In this document: positions 63,959 through 64,000 of the stretch, one piece after another
Layout: each line of letters starts with the position of its first letter
Position numbering within the stretch: position 1 is the stretch's first letter
Assembly (NCBI GenBank): GCA_951406725.2
Contig: OX597816.1
Span: forward strand, 94,860,001-94,924,000
Source of the DNA: Octopus vulgaris
Taxonomy: Eukaryota
DNA: 64,000 nucleotides
Direction: 5' to 3'
Translations under genes and position numbers: made by a program
The notes under the pieces: model-generated
The model's input: only the letters and a program-made list of their open reading frames with translations
Told to the model about the DNA's origin: nothing
The model's database searches: none

Positions 63959-64000
63959 AGCGTTTTGTCTTAATAACTGATGAGATGCCGGATCAGTCTT

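Overview
This is eukaryotic, AT-rich, repeat-dense DNA. The SINE, RTE and microsatellite content looks like an octopod cephalopod (inference). The only host gene is MADD (DENN-domain Rab3/Rab27 GEF) on the minus strand. Eleven coding exons (43172 down to 874) join through GT-AG introns with consistent phases into 702 codons. The gene runs off the left edge, and its first 5'UTR exon was not located; it lies somewhere right of 43377. The introns hold a young, 5'-truncated but still open RTE-clade LINE (25045-28607) with a C4HC3 PHD-like finger inside the RT C-terminal region. They also contain many older RTE and CR1-type relics, tRNA-derived SINEs, two mariner relics, MITEs and a Penelope-like GIY-YIG fragment. 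The most interesting non-coding signals are: Penelope-type minimal hammerhead motifs (one complete at 63896-63958 on the MADD sense strand); arrays of constant-stem, variable-loop hairpins in the RTE 3'UTR; and long fold-back or tail-to-tail inverted repeats that would form dsRNA in the MADD pre-mRNA. I found no evidence for a new multi-gene system. Repeat boundaries were read by eye and are approximate.
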